Assembly (NCBI GenBank): GCA_965112735.1
Contig: OZ218956.1
Span: 2,356,001-2,420,000, forward strand
DNA: 64,000 nucleotides
Origin: Phaeosaccion multiseriatum
Taxonomy: Eukaryota > Protista > Ochrophyta, other classes
Direction of reading: 5' to 3'
Shown here: positions 42,423-54,827 of the stretch, one piece after another
How the letters are laid out: every line of letters starts with the position of its first letter
How positions within the stretch are numbered: position 1 is the stretch's first letter
The notes under the pieces: generated by a model
Databases searched by the model: none
Seen by the model: the letters and a program-made list of their open reading frames with translations, nothing else
What the model was told of the DNA's origin: nothing
Translations under genes and position numbers: made by a program

Positions 42423-44500
42423 ATGCGACTGCTTGTACTCGCGCTGGCTTCGGCTTCCTTGCAAGTACGGCAGGCCTGCGGCTTCCAGTGGTCGCCCCTG
42501 TCTGTCGGTGGTATGAAAGCTCCTCCCAGCGAGAGAAGGGGCGGGGAGAAGACCACCACACGTTTGACTCACTGCTCCTGTGGGTTACAGCCGCCGCAGC
42601 AGCGCGCACAGGTGGGGAGGCGAAGACCTGCCTCCATGCTAGGATTGCGAACAGCAGCAGTATCAGGTTCAGATGATCTACCGACACGGAGAGGCGGAGG
42701 GGAGGGAATCGGGATTGGGGCAGAGGGCAGGTCTTTACCATCCTCTTCTCTCTCTTCCTCCAGCAGCGCGGTAGCGGAAGCCAAGGGGCCGGGAGGGGCC
42801 ACTATTGAGCCTGCTGCCGTGGTGCCAAAGGTTGGGGGTGCCATGCCGGCGCAACGGCCGGACTGGTTCAGGGTGCCTGCCCCTGGTGGCGAGCATACCA
42901 AATATCAGGCGCTCAAGTCCCAGCTAAAGGATCTCAACCTGCACTCGGTACGTGGCGGAGTGACGGCGTGGCGAAGAAGGGAAGGAAGCAACAAGTCTCC
43001 AGGGGGGGGACGCCCGCTCAGTCCCCTCCCCTTCCCCTGCTCCTTTCCCTCCGTCTCGGATCAGCACACTTCGCCTTCCGCTCACCCGCCTCCCGCCTCC
43101 CGCCTCCCGCCCCCCCTTCTACCCTCCGCGCATCGCCCTGCTGTGTTCTCATCTCCCCACAACGCCAAAACACACACACACACACACACACATACACACA
43201 AACCTGGACCCACCCCTCCCGCCGATAGGTGTGTGAAGAAGCCCAATGCCCCAACATCGGAGAGTGCTGGAACGGAGGGACAGGCACCATCATGCTGCTC
43301 GGCGACACGTGCACGCGCGGGTGCAAGTTTTGCGCCATCAATACGGCCTCCACCCCACCCCCGGCAGACGCCTTCGAACCCTTCCATACGGCCCAGGCCG
43401 TCGCCGCATGGGGCATCGACTACGTGGTGCTGACGAGCGTGGACAGAGACGACATGGAGGATGGCGGGGCCAACCACTTTGCCACTACGGTGGAGCTCAT
43501 CAAGCAGACCAAGCCCGACATGCTTGTAGAGTGCCTTGTGAGCGACTTTCAGGGCAACAAAGATGCTGTCAAGGTAAGGGTATGGGTGTGGGTACTCCCG
43601 ATGTCTCACTACCCTACCCCATGTACACTTCTACCCTACTCTACTCTACCATACCCTACCCTGCCCTGCCCTGTACACTCACGACATGCCCCCCCGTTCT
43701 CCGTCCGGACCGACCATCTACTGCCATCCCCACGCTTCCCCCTCCCCGCACCCACGTACCTCTCTCCCCACCTCTTAGCGATTGGCGACATCGGGACTCG
43801 ACGTGTACGCACACAACGTGGAGACCGTCGAGCGACTGCAGGTAAGGCAGTAAAGGCAGTAGAATGAGACAGTTCAAGCAGTGAGGCAGCAAGGCAGTAA
43901 GACCCTGGGGCAGTATCGCAGTGGGACAGCAAGGCCGTATGGCACTGTATGGCAGCACTGGGGCTTGATGACCCCTTTCCCTTGCTCCCCCCCTCCCCTT
44001 TGGTCTGTACTCCTACCACCCATGCCCTAACCGTTCCCGTGCCATGTCGTGTTGCCTTGACCCCTTCTGCCCCCCCCCCCGCTCCTGCTACTCTGTACCT
44101 CCAACACGTCCACCTCCAGCCCTACGTGCGCGACAAGCGAGCAGCCTACCGCCAGTCGCTGGATGTGCTGGCAGCTGCCAAGCGCTTCAACCCCTCCCTC
44201 TACACCAAGACATCTCTCATGCTGGGCCTGGGGGAGACGCAGGAGGAGGTGTTGCAGGTGAGGAGGCAGCGGCCAAGGGCAAGAGCAAGGGCACAGGCAG
44301 GAGGAGGGGGGGGGGGTCATCCACATTCACAGTACAAGTTAGCACAAGTTGCAGGTAGAGGACGATTTTGCTGATTGTAAAGGGTGGAGAGACTCGAGAA
44401 TCACGCACCTTTGTTGACGCATGCACCTCCTCTGCTGCTGCTACGCTCCATGGCTTCTGCCATGCTGCATGAATACACACACATCTACACACACACACAT

Positions 44501-44556
<56 letters not shown>

Positions 44557-44792
44557 AAGGCCATGAGAGACATGCGTGAGGTCGGGGTGGACGTGCTCAC
44601 TCTCGGGCAGTACCTGAGGCCCACAGACCACCACCTGGCCGTGGTGGAGTACGTGACACCGGACCAGTTTGACTGGTACAGAAGAGAGGGAGAGGCCATG
44701 GGGTTCAAGTACGTCGCCAGCGGGCCCTTGGTGCGGAGCAGTTACAAGGCCGGAGAGTTTTATCTGGAGCATATGATTAAGCAGGGGAGAGA

Positions 44793-44832
<40 letters not shown>

Positions 44833-44847
44833 CAGTTGGCCGTGTAG
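42423..44847 (+). CDS. lipA: Lipoyl synthase (radical SAM), probably the plastid-targeted isoform; exons 42423-42947, 43229-43573, 43779-43841, 44120-44257, 44560-44847
   Basis: LHS|[14 protein letters not shown] (CX4CX5C), CTRGCKFC (CX3CX2C), [50 protein letters not shown]. The N-terminus [20 protein letters not shown]|FQW is signal-like. An alternative in-frame ATG lies at 42387. Confidence 0.95.
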
Positions 44848-45022
44848 GAGGGACTCGAGGAGGCAGTGGCTGTGGGCTTGAAGGGGGGGGGGTGTCCCTT
44901 TTTCTTTTGTTTGTTGGTGTTGTTTGCTTCGCTGGCGTCGCAGAAGAGAGGCACAGCTCTCTGTATCATTGGTCTTAGGTATACTCAAGCAATCTATCAA
45001 TCTATCCATTCGTCTATCTACC

Positions 45023-47247
45023 TCATGGCCCGGTGGGATCCTGACCCTCAGTATCAGTAGCAGCGTGCACTGCCGCAACCGCAGCAGCAATGGCAGTAGA
45101 TGGTGATCCAGTTGGTGATTCAGTAGTCAATGACCCAACAGCAGCAGTGGTAGGTCCATCTCGCTCGGTAGAGGCCAGTAACCCCATCATACTGCGGCGC
45201 ATGACGCTGAGACAGCGCACCGTGCTGTGAGAGGGGGCAGCAGTTGGTGATACGACACCAGTGGTAGGAGAAGCCATACTGATGATGGTTTGCGCTCGCC
45301 CAGTTGCTCTGTTGCCTCTGCTGCTGCCCCCTGCAGCAAGCTCCTTCGCCCTCTTCTTGTAGAAGGAGACAAGGGCCCTAGATGAAGACGCTGCTGCTAC
45401 TGCTGCTGCCGCTGCCGCTGCCGCTGCCGCAGGTGATGGTCTTCGAATCCCCTTCACCGTCGTCGTCGTCGCCAGAGGACGGGGGCCGAACTTCTTGCGA
45501 TGAAACGTCTTGGAGAGCATGCCGCCCCCGGCGGGTTTGTAGGCAGGCCCCGGGGAAAAACTCTTCGCCAAGGGTAGGCGAGTGGAGGTGGGCACTTTGC
45601 TTCCACTCTGTCTCATCACGTTGTTGTTGCTGTTGTTGTTGATTATGGTGGTGGCTTGGGCCAAGGTGCGGCGCACACCTCCTCCTCCGCCCCGTTTGCC
45701 GCTGACGATTCGGACGGTCTCTACCGCCCTCCGCTGCTGGTTCTCCTCCTCCTCCTCCTCCCCCTCCTCCTCCTCCTCTTGCTCTGCACGGGTACTAGTA
45801 CCACCGCAGAGGATGGGATCGTCCATCAGCGGCGGGCTCGGCCCACTACAGAGAAGCTCAAGCATGCTCCCCGCAGACATCATGCGGGCCTCACCACCGT
45901 GGTCACCACTGCCAGGCCGCTTACGGCTTGCCAAATCTCCCCCCCCATGCCCCTCTCTTCCTCCCCCCCCCCCTCCTCCTCCTCCTCCTCCTCCTCCTCC
46001 TCCTCCTCCTCCTCCTCCGCCCCGTATGCCTGCGGCTACCGCGACGTGATGACCCCCGCCAGGCTCCTCGTCCGAATCATTCCTCGCCGCCTCCGCCGAT
46101 GCTGATGCAGCAGTAGCAGCAAGAGGTCGAACGGGGGCTTGTACGTCATACTCGCCCGGCCCCGGCGTGTCTCTTCCCACCTGGCCCGGCACGAGCTGCA
46201 TCAGGGCATTGCTCCCCGCGTAGAGAGTGGTCTCGAAGCGCCTGGTGCGGGAGTCGATGGTCCCTGGGGGCGCCGGTCGCTTCTTGGTCCTGTTGTGGGC
46301 TCTCATGGCCGCCTCGGGCCCTAGGGCAGGCGGTCCCTCTCCTTCTGCCCTACCCTCCGCCGTCAGTCCTACAGGTGATGCGATGTGTGTACATAGCAAG
46401 GCCAGAACGGAGGAGCAACAAGTAAGTGAGTCTCGATGAAGTGTAAGGGACAGGCTTAAGCGCGCGCGCGGGGGGGGGGGGGGGGGCAAGAAAGGTACAT
46501 GTGGACGAGCGTTACTGTCCATTTCAAACAGACAGGGGGAGCGTTGTGTGTGTGCGTGTGCGTGTGTGTGTGCATGTGTGTGTGGGTGCGTGTGCGTGCG
46601 TGTGGGTGCTTGTGTGCATGTGTGCGTGTGTGTGTGTGTGCACGCGTGACCTGTAGTTGTCAGGTACCCGCGGACCCAGGTGGATCGGGCGTGGGAGTGC
46701 GTCAGCCGAGAGCGACCGTTCCGAGAGAGCCCGCCGGAGGACGGACGGCGCCGTCGGGAGGCCGCGGCGGCAGCCCCGGCCTTCGCCATCTTCCTCAGGA
46801 GCTGCTCCTCCTCCTTCTCCTGCCCTTTCTCCCTTCCTCCTCTCCCTCTCTGCTTTCTCCGTCTCCTTCTCACGTTACCCCCCACCTCTCCTTCTGTCCC
46901 CTCCTCTTCCTCACCCCCCTGCTCTTCTACTTCCTCCTCCTCCTCCCCCCCCTCCCGAAAGGGCTGAGCTGAGTTGTCCAGCAGCTCCCCTGTCCCTCCC
47001 CCCTGCTGAGTCCTTCCTCTCTCGTCCGTGTGCTCGTGCACCTCGAAGCTAAAGGCCTCGACTTCTTGCCTCCTCTGCTCGATATTCGCTCGAGAAGCCT
47101 CTATATACCTCCTGCCGGAGACAGGAGACGAGAGTTGAGAGTTGTACGTATGTGTGTGAGGAGGGAGGGAAAGAGCGAGGAGAGAGATTTAAGGCAGTAG
47201 TAGGGGTGTGAGCATCAAGCATGCACGCATATGCACCCACCCAACCA

Positions 47248-47282
<35 letters not shown>

Positions 47283-49220
47283 GAGTAGCGGATGATGACT
47301 CAGCGGGACTACGCGAAGGCCAGGTGGAGCACAGGCGGACACACCACACGGCACGGAGGCTTCAAACCAATCGCAAGCGAGGGCTCCGCTCGGAGCGCTC
47401 TATTTGTGACTGGTTTTTCGAGGGTCGACTCCTAAGCTTTAGCGACTCACGCACCTACTCGTGCGGATAGGGCTCGCACTGGCCGACGTTTCAGGAGCAA
47501 TGATCCCAGCAGTTGGTAATACAGCAGGAGCAGCAGTTGGTGATACAGCAGCAGTCCCGCTGGCAGCAGGCGAAGAGAGCGGTCTCCGCGCGCTCATACC
47601 TTCCCTCGCCCATGTTGGCCTTGCACGAGACTCATCAGGCGGTGGACGCGTTTGTCTGGCTGCTCTGTCACCAAGTGCTGCTGTGTCACCAACGGCTGCT
47701 GCTCCTCCCGCTGTTCCTGCCACCGCCGCCGCCGCCGCTGCTGCTGCTGCTGCTGCTATTGCTGCCGCTCGATGTGCGTGGGCGGCCGTGTGTTGGTTCC
47801 CTCGGACCTGGCGGTTTCCGACGGCAGTCCACGTACCGGGGCCTCCGAAAGAGCTGTCGTTGGAGGGGTAGTAGCTGCCGGGCCCAGGGCTTTGCTTCCT
47901 GTGAGGCGGGGAGGCAGAAGCATCCATGACGGAGAAGGGGGAGGCAAAGCAAGGCAAAGTGAGGGGAAGTAAAAAGCCGATGAATGCAGCCAGCCATGGT
48001 TCTCCATGGTTCATCAACAAACGACACGACGACGAGTGAGGGAGGGCGCGGGAGGGGAAGAGCGAGGTACGGCCGCGACGAGGCCGAGGCGGAGGAAAGG
48101 GCGCGTATCTCGAAGGGTATCGGCCCTGATATCTAAGTATAGGGACGTTGAAGATGCCATAGAAAGTAATGATGGGCGATTGATAACTGTCTTCGATGAG
48201 AGGGGGCACGCAGGCGCCGGCATTGAGAAAGACCGCCACCACTACGATAACGTTTGTCAGCACTACCCTATGTAGGTATGTGAACAGTGGCGTCAAGTAC
48301 GCTGCTAGATCATTCCGCTGACCTTCTAGAACTGTTTTGAATTCGATCAAGGGCGGTGTCTTCTTCTTCTGGCGTAATTGAAAGTACCTTCTTTCTTACC
48401 CGAGGCTCTCCTTCGCGTGCTGCTTTGACAAGCACCTCACAGTCATGCTAAGGCATCTCTTCTCTCTGGAATTGAGGAAAGCCTTGGCTGAAGAGGGGCG
48501 GGTAACGCGAATACTGGCCCGCACATTGTAGAGGGCGGGGGACGGAGAGGCCTCCTCACCGGCTAGTCGGGCTCCCGTTAGGCCCCCCTTTCCATCAATG
48601 CCATTCACCCAGGCTGAGCGGCCTGTGGATAGGAGGGAGTGAACCACAAGCACTCTTTTGAGCAGTCGAGTGGAGCTGGAGCTAAAAGAGCCCTCCCCGC
48701 CCAGTCGCATTTACCCACCTGCAAAGAGGATGACTTTCCCGTCGGGCCGGATCGCGCCTTCCTCCACCAGCTGAGGACTAAAGCGAGGCCCTTTTGCGCA
48801 TGTCAGTGTCGTAGGCTTGGCGTGCACCGGGCCGGGAGAGCAAGAACGGACCCCCTCGAAGCGCTCCACGTGCGGCTCGCCTCCCCAAATCATGATGCAA
48901 AAGTGTGGAGTGGGGGGGATTTCGTAACCGTCGCCGTCGGAGATCGCCATCTGTGAGCTTGGCGGATTGGTGACCCACCCACCCACTCACCCACTCACCC
49001 ACTTCCTCTCCCACACTCTTCCTCTCCTCTCCTTGAGCTCGCAGTTGCTTGCCATAGGCCAAAGTATCAAGAGACTTGCGTCAAATGCCTTTTTTTCCGG
49101 CAGCCTTCTGGGTGCCTCTGACAGCCCCTCACGGGGGGGCTTTTGACCGGCTGGCGCCCGGCAGGCGCCGATATCCTGAAGGGGTGATGCAAGGCTCTCT
49201 AACGTGCGCGTTGGCCCCAT
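45023..49220 (-). CDS. SHIPPO-1/ODF3/STPG-like PGPG-x-Y repeat protein (putative axonemal microtubule-binding), multi-exon
   Basis: Spaced motifs SPGPVH, SPSPALYNV, SPGPGSYYP, TPGPGEYDV and SPGPAYKP..MLSKTFH sit in successive minus-strand ORFs with plausible GT-AG borders. The exon structure at 46370-47460 is unresolved. Confidence 0.65.
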
Positions 49221-50543
49221 CTCTTCACCACAGGTAGTTTTTCGGGCAGAGCGAGTTTACGAGTCTATAGTTTCGAAAGACGTATTTTCAAGTAGTCGAC
49301 ACTATCCGCTATCCGCTATCGCCGGCGCCAGCCGATCCCCTAGCCGACAGTAGCTAGCTATGTGATGTGCCAAATTGGGTATCACCGGACCCCAATTACA
49401 GACACTTCACTGACATACCTTTGACACCCCCCTCGGATCGTTGCTCACTCTCCCCTAAACAATTCGGTAACACACCACAGGACCAATGAGGAAAATTAAA
49501 CCCCCTCCTTCCTCCTCTCTCCAAAAACACTAAACTAAACTAGTACCTCAACATCTTGAGTCCGCTCTCTGCTCTCGTTCCCCTTGACCAGCTGAATGCA
49601 CCCCGCATCGTCTTCATACAAAACAGTGCCTGTCCCATCAGCCTCCGAACTCCGAACACAGAAACTCCATAAGCAATGTCCTTCACAATGGAAAAGCCAG
49701 CCACTCGACACTCAACTTGAACCACACGTCCCTCCAGCAAATGTCGATACAAGTCACTCAACACTGCTCCGACTGTCCAAGTCCGCAGCCCATTCCACTT
49801 CTGCTAACGCCTCCCCCCCTTTCCTAGAAAAGAGCGAAAATAATGGGAAAAAAGAAAAAAAGAAAAAAGTACTTCGTAGTACTAGGTGTCGGGACTGGTA
49901 AAAAACACACACAAAAAACATGGAAACCGCCCAAAATACGGATCAAATACGAATAAGTAAGGGGTGATATACATGATGTCAGGTGACCCAAAGCGAGGGG
50001 TGGTGGTCCAGCAATAAAGGAAGGCCAACTTTGGCGGGGTTGATGAGCAGCAGCAGCGGCAGGACGCAGTGCGGGAGCACAGCGAGGACCACGAGAGCAC
50101 CCTACTGCGGTGAGAAGAGAGAGACAGAGAGGATACGCCGGGACCAATAACGAGAGGAGGGATTACACTCGGGTACGTGTGAGCTTCAGTTTGGGCTGAT
50201 TTGCAGCAGCTCAACACGCAAAGCCTCGGCACTGTCGCCTGTGTGGAGCAGGGAAAGGACCAAAGCCTGCGTTTTGCACCCGGCCCTGGCCTCTCCTTTT
50301 TTTTTTAGTCTTCCAGCCCTCCCCCCTCCCCTCTCTCGATCTCTCGGGCACAGGGGCATTCCTTTCTGTGTGGAACCTTTTCTCCTCACTCATTCTTTGA
50401 GCCCTACCCTCTTCCTTCCAACCTCCCCTCTATCTCTGTTTTCCTTTTTTTCCCTCTGTTTGCTCCTTTCCGCTTTCCCTCCTTTTATCGACCCCGTGAA
50501 TGGGCCTGCAAACTACCAGCTGCCAGCCTCTGCAGAAGACCGC

Positions 50544-50811
50544 ATGAATACTCGGAGTGAGAGCTCCGATCCCGCAGGGACGGACCATGCCACCCCCACC
50601 GTCACTGTCAAGGACGAGAGCTACAGTGGGGAAAAGCAGCAGCAGGAGGACGCATCTACACTAGAGACGGCGGTCTCCTTTCTCAACAATTCAGTCTCCA
50701 GCGGCGTAGGTGCGACAAGCGCGGAGGAGGCGGGTACAAGTCCTGCCGAGGCTGCCCCCGAAAAGCCTGCTGAGGACGGCGACGGCGATGAGAAAGGCAA
50801 CAGCAACAACG

Positions 50812-50897
<86 letters not shown>

Positions 50898-51055
50898 CTC
50901 AAGACGCCGACGGTCACCAAGACTACCGCTGCTAGCGGGGAGGATGGACGGCTCTTTAAGACTGCTGAGCCCTCCCCCTCCTCCGACGATGACGACGACA
51001 GTGGTACCAGCACGCAGGCGCCTGCAACTACCTCTTCGTCCTCCGCCTCCCGCAG

Positions 51056-51090
<35 letters not shown>

Positions 51091-54000
51091 CTAGCAACGG
51101 CAGCAGCAGCAGCAGCAGCAGCAGCGGCGGCGACAAGATCAAGCTCGTCAAGCCCCAACAGCGAACCGGCCAGGAGGAGTGCAACTTGTTTGTCGGGGAT
51201 TTGGCTCGAGGACTCTCGGAAGAGCAGCTGGAGAGCACCTTCAGCGCATTTGGCAAGGTGATTTCGGCCACCATCAAGAGGGATCGCTTCACAGGTAGGA
51301 AGGGTAGACGGCGGGGAGTATTCCCCGGGCGGCGCGGTGGAAACGGTAGGGGGGGCACTTCGCCTCACTCGCTTCACCTCACCACCTCCTTCCCTTGGCT
51401 CCCTCGGGTGGAGCGACAGGCACTCATGACCATGTCACCCCTCCTCACTCACTCACTCACACCACAAACCCGCCCATCTTCCAGGCAAGAATCTGGGATA
51501 TGGCTTTGTGAAGATGTCCACCAACGCCGAGGCAATCTCAGCGATGGAGGGCATGCAGAGCCAAGAGATACTCGGTCGGAAAGTGCGCTTGGGCTGGGCG
51601 CAGAAAAACACGTCCCTCCTCATCGCTGGGCTGCCTCCGCATGTGGACAGCCAACTGCTCAAGGACATGTGCACGGCCTTCGGGCCCATCGACGAGGAGC
51701 AGCCGCTGGTGAGTGTGAGGGGAAGTGGAGGTGGGAGTGGGACTACGGTGTTCACTCTTCTTCATACTTGATTGCACTGGATTGTTTTCCCGGGGTATAT
51801 TTCAAGGGTTGCTGAGCCAGCACTGCCCACATTGAACCCCGAGCGGGTAGGAAGCAGGGGTGGGGTTGTGGAGCGGTTTTGTTGTAAGGGTGGTTGTGGT
51901 GGGTGGTGAGGTGTGGTGTGCATTGTGTATCAGCGACGGGGCACGAGGAAGAGGGACTAGTGGGGAGTAGGGGGAGGTAACGCAGGAGAAGGAGTGCGTC
52001 GCGGATGCCATCGTAGCCTTTGGTCTGTGGGAAGTGGTTGGGGTTTTAAGTATAGGGAAAGATTGAAAAGATCCCCCTCCCCTCCTCGCGCCTCCGCTTG
52101 CACACTGATACACGAAGGACTTTGAGTGCAAGAATGGCTACGCGACTGTCAAGTTCCGATTTCGCGCCCACGCAGAAATTGCGCGCAGAGACATTATTTC
52201 CGCAGCCCCGTTTGGAGGCAACAACCCGCTCAAGGTGGAGTGGAGCAACGTCGGCAGCATCGGAGGCTCTGCACCCAGCCCTGTCAGAGCCAAGGGAGGG
52301 GTGGACCGTGGTGACCGGGGCTTCGCCGGCGGTGGCGGTGGCGGCGGCGGTTGTGGTGCTGGTGCTGGTGGTGGGGGGGGGGGGGGGGGGTGGGGGGGCA
52401 TCATCGATCGGAGAACGATACGATCCCACGCAACAACACCATAACAAGTTCGCCGACGGAAGCGGAAGCAGCGCAGGGGGGGGAGGAGGGGGAGGAGCAG
52501 GAGGAGCAGGGGGCGGCGGAGGAGCAGTAGGAGTAGGAGTAGTGCGCGAAGGTGGGCGCTGGCAGTCCCGTAAGCATCAGTTTCCAAATATCATTCCCCA
52601 CTCGGTGCATGTCGCTTTCGAGGCAGGCGACAGAGGCAACCCAGTGACGGAGTCTCAGGTGCGTGTCTTGTCGGGCCCCGGTGAAGGGGAGGGAGGGGAT
52701 AGCTTGAGAGAGAGACACAAAGCTCGACTCCACTATACAAGAGCAAGGAGGAGGAGAAGGAGAGGACAATGCTGATGAAATGGACCTTCCACTCCACTCC
52801 ACTCCACTCCACTCGACTCTCGTAGCGTGACTTCACTCGGAGCACGTGCATGTTTGTCGGCTCATCTGCTCTTCTTCCATCGATGCTGCCACGTCGCGCC
52901 CTGATGCGACCATCTCACTCCCTCCCTGCCTCCCTGCCTCCCTGCCTACCTGTCTGTCTCTGCTACCTGCCGGTCTCCCCCGTGCTTTGCTGATGTGCGT
53001 ATGTAGCAGATCCGGCTCTTGCTCGGCGATTTGGGAGCGAAGTGCGAGATCTCCATTCTAAAGCCGCGAAAGCGGACAACCTGGGGGGAGGTGCCAATAC
53101 CAACAGGAGAAGCAGTTGGTGATACAGCCGGAGAGGCAGACACGGCCCCACCAAAACCAGCACCACCAGCAGCAGCAGCAGCAAGAGGAGCAGGAGCGGG
53201 GGGAGGTGAAGGAGGAGGAGGAGGAGGTGTGGGAGAGATTGCAGCGGGAATGGAGGAGGTCGGACTGACAGAATCTGTGAACGAAGCTTCCGCCGCCCCG
53301 GTTGTTCTCAGCAGCAGTGCCCGAAGGAATCGGAAGAGCTTCGCTTTCGTGGAGTTTGCTGCGTCCCCCGAGGGAGAGAAGCAGGCCACCAAGGCCATAC
53401 GTAGACTCAACAACGCTTCGGGATCTGCCGAGGCCATGGAGCAAGGCTTTTCATGCATAACTGCGACCTTCACCAGATTAAAGACAAATGGTAGCAGCGC
53501 CAGCAGCAGCAGCGGGAACATCAGCGGCAGGAAGGGAGGTGCTGACAGTATCCGTAGTCAGCGCAGCCACCACAACTACGCGGGGGGGGGGAGAGGAGGC
53601 GGTGGGGGGGGCACTGACAGAAGAAGGAGGGGCGGGGGGCGTGGGGGGGCTATGTGGATGATGGGGAGTACGGGTGGGGGGCAGGCTCTTCGCCAAGGTC
53701 ACCAGCACGTTCCTCACCCTCACCTTCACCCGGCTGTCCAGCAGCAGCAGCAGCAGCAGCAGATGCAGCAGATGCAGCACCAGCAGCAGCACCACCACCA
53801 CCACATGCAGCACCAGCATCAACACCAGCAGCAGCAATGGCAGCAGCATCAGCAGCACCAGCATCAAATTGCATCTGCCCAGATGCAGTATCACCACCAC
53901 CACCCGCAGGAGCAGCAACCACAACACTGGATGCATACTCAACAACAGTACTACGCCGGCGGCGGCGTGGGCGCGGGCGGCTATGTGATGAACCAGTACT

Positions 54001-54256
54001 ATCCCTACTACCATCCTGGCGGGATGGTAGCCTCTGTACCACCTGTTGGTGGTATAGAGGCAAGTCACGGCGCACAGGGTCAGCTGCAGCATTCTGTGGA
54101 CGGAGTAGGCAGTGCTTCCCGGCTCGTACAGCAGCAGCGGGGGGCGGGCAAGGCGAGCCCAGGAGCACGAGCGGCAGGAGATGGTACTAGTGACGCTAGT
54201 GGGCCAGCAGCAACATCAGCAGCAAGAGCAGAAATGTCAGCAACAGCAGAAGCAGA

Positions 54257-54294
<38 letters not shown>

Positions 54295-54827
54295 GGGCGG
54301 CGAGCGGCGGAGGCATGGGTATCGCTTACCCCCATCAACAAGGGGCAGCAGAGCCTTCCCCGCCCACCCAGCAGTCCTCAGGCCAGCCCCCGCTCACATC
54401 GCCCCTTCAGCCGCACATGGCGCACGAGCAGTACGTCTACGGGGTGCACAGCAACGGCTTTGTTGGTGTTGGGTATCCTGGGGGCCCAAGTGGGGCTGCT
54501 GGGGCGGAGCACATGTATGCGAGCGGCGGCGGCGTTTCCGTCGGTGGTGGTCTTGTTACGTATGGCGGTTACAAGGACCCGCCGCCGCCGCAGCAGCAGC
54601 AGGTCGGCGTCTTGCCCAACGTGCGGGGCGACCAGGTGGGCGGGCCCGTTCGGGTGACGAGTATGGAGTCAGACATTCCGGAGCAACCGAGTACGTCACC
54701 AGGCGTTCCCGGGGGGCTTCCCGAGGGGGGGGCGGTGGAGCTGCAGTCAGGCATGGGCGGAGGAGAAGTGAAGCAGGAGGAGCAGCAGTATGTCCCAGCT
54801 CAGCAGCAGGCGAGCGAAGCGAGCTAG
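50544..54827 (+). CDS. Multi-RRM RNA-binding protein with polyN/polyS N-terminus and Q/H/G-rich C-terminus (apparent frameshift at a G18 run)
   Basis: RRM1 NLFVGDL..G|KNLGYGFVKM..VRLGWA; RRM2 SLLIAGLP..GYATVKF..LKVEW; RRM3 HSVHVAF..KSFAFVEF. Exons 50544-51294, 51485-51708, 52118-52658, 53010-54827. Confidence 0.8.
50804..50896 (+). repeat. (AAC)n coding repeat (poly-Asn)
   Basis: Read directly; in frame with the RRM gene. Confidence 0.9.
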
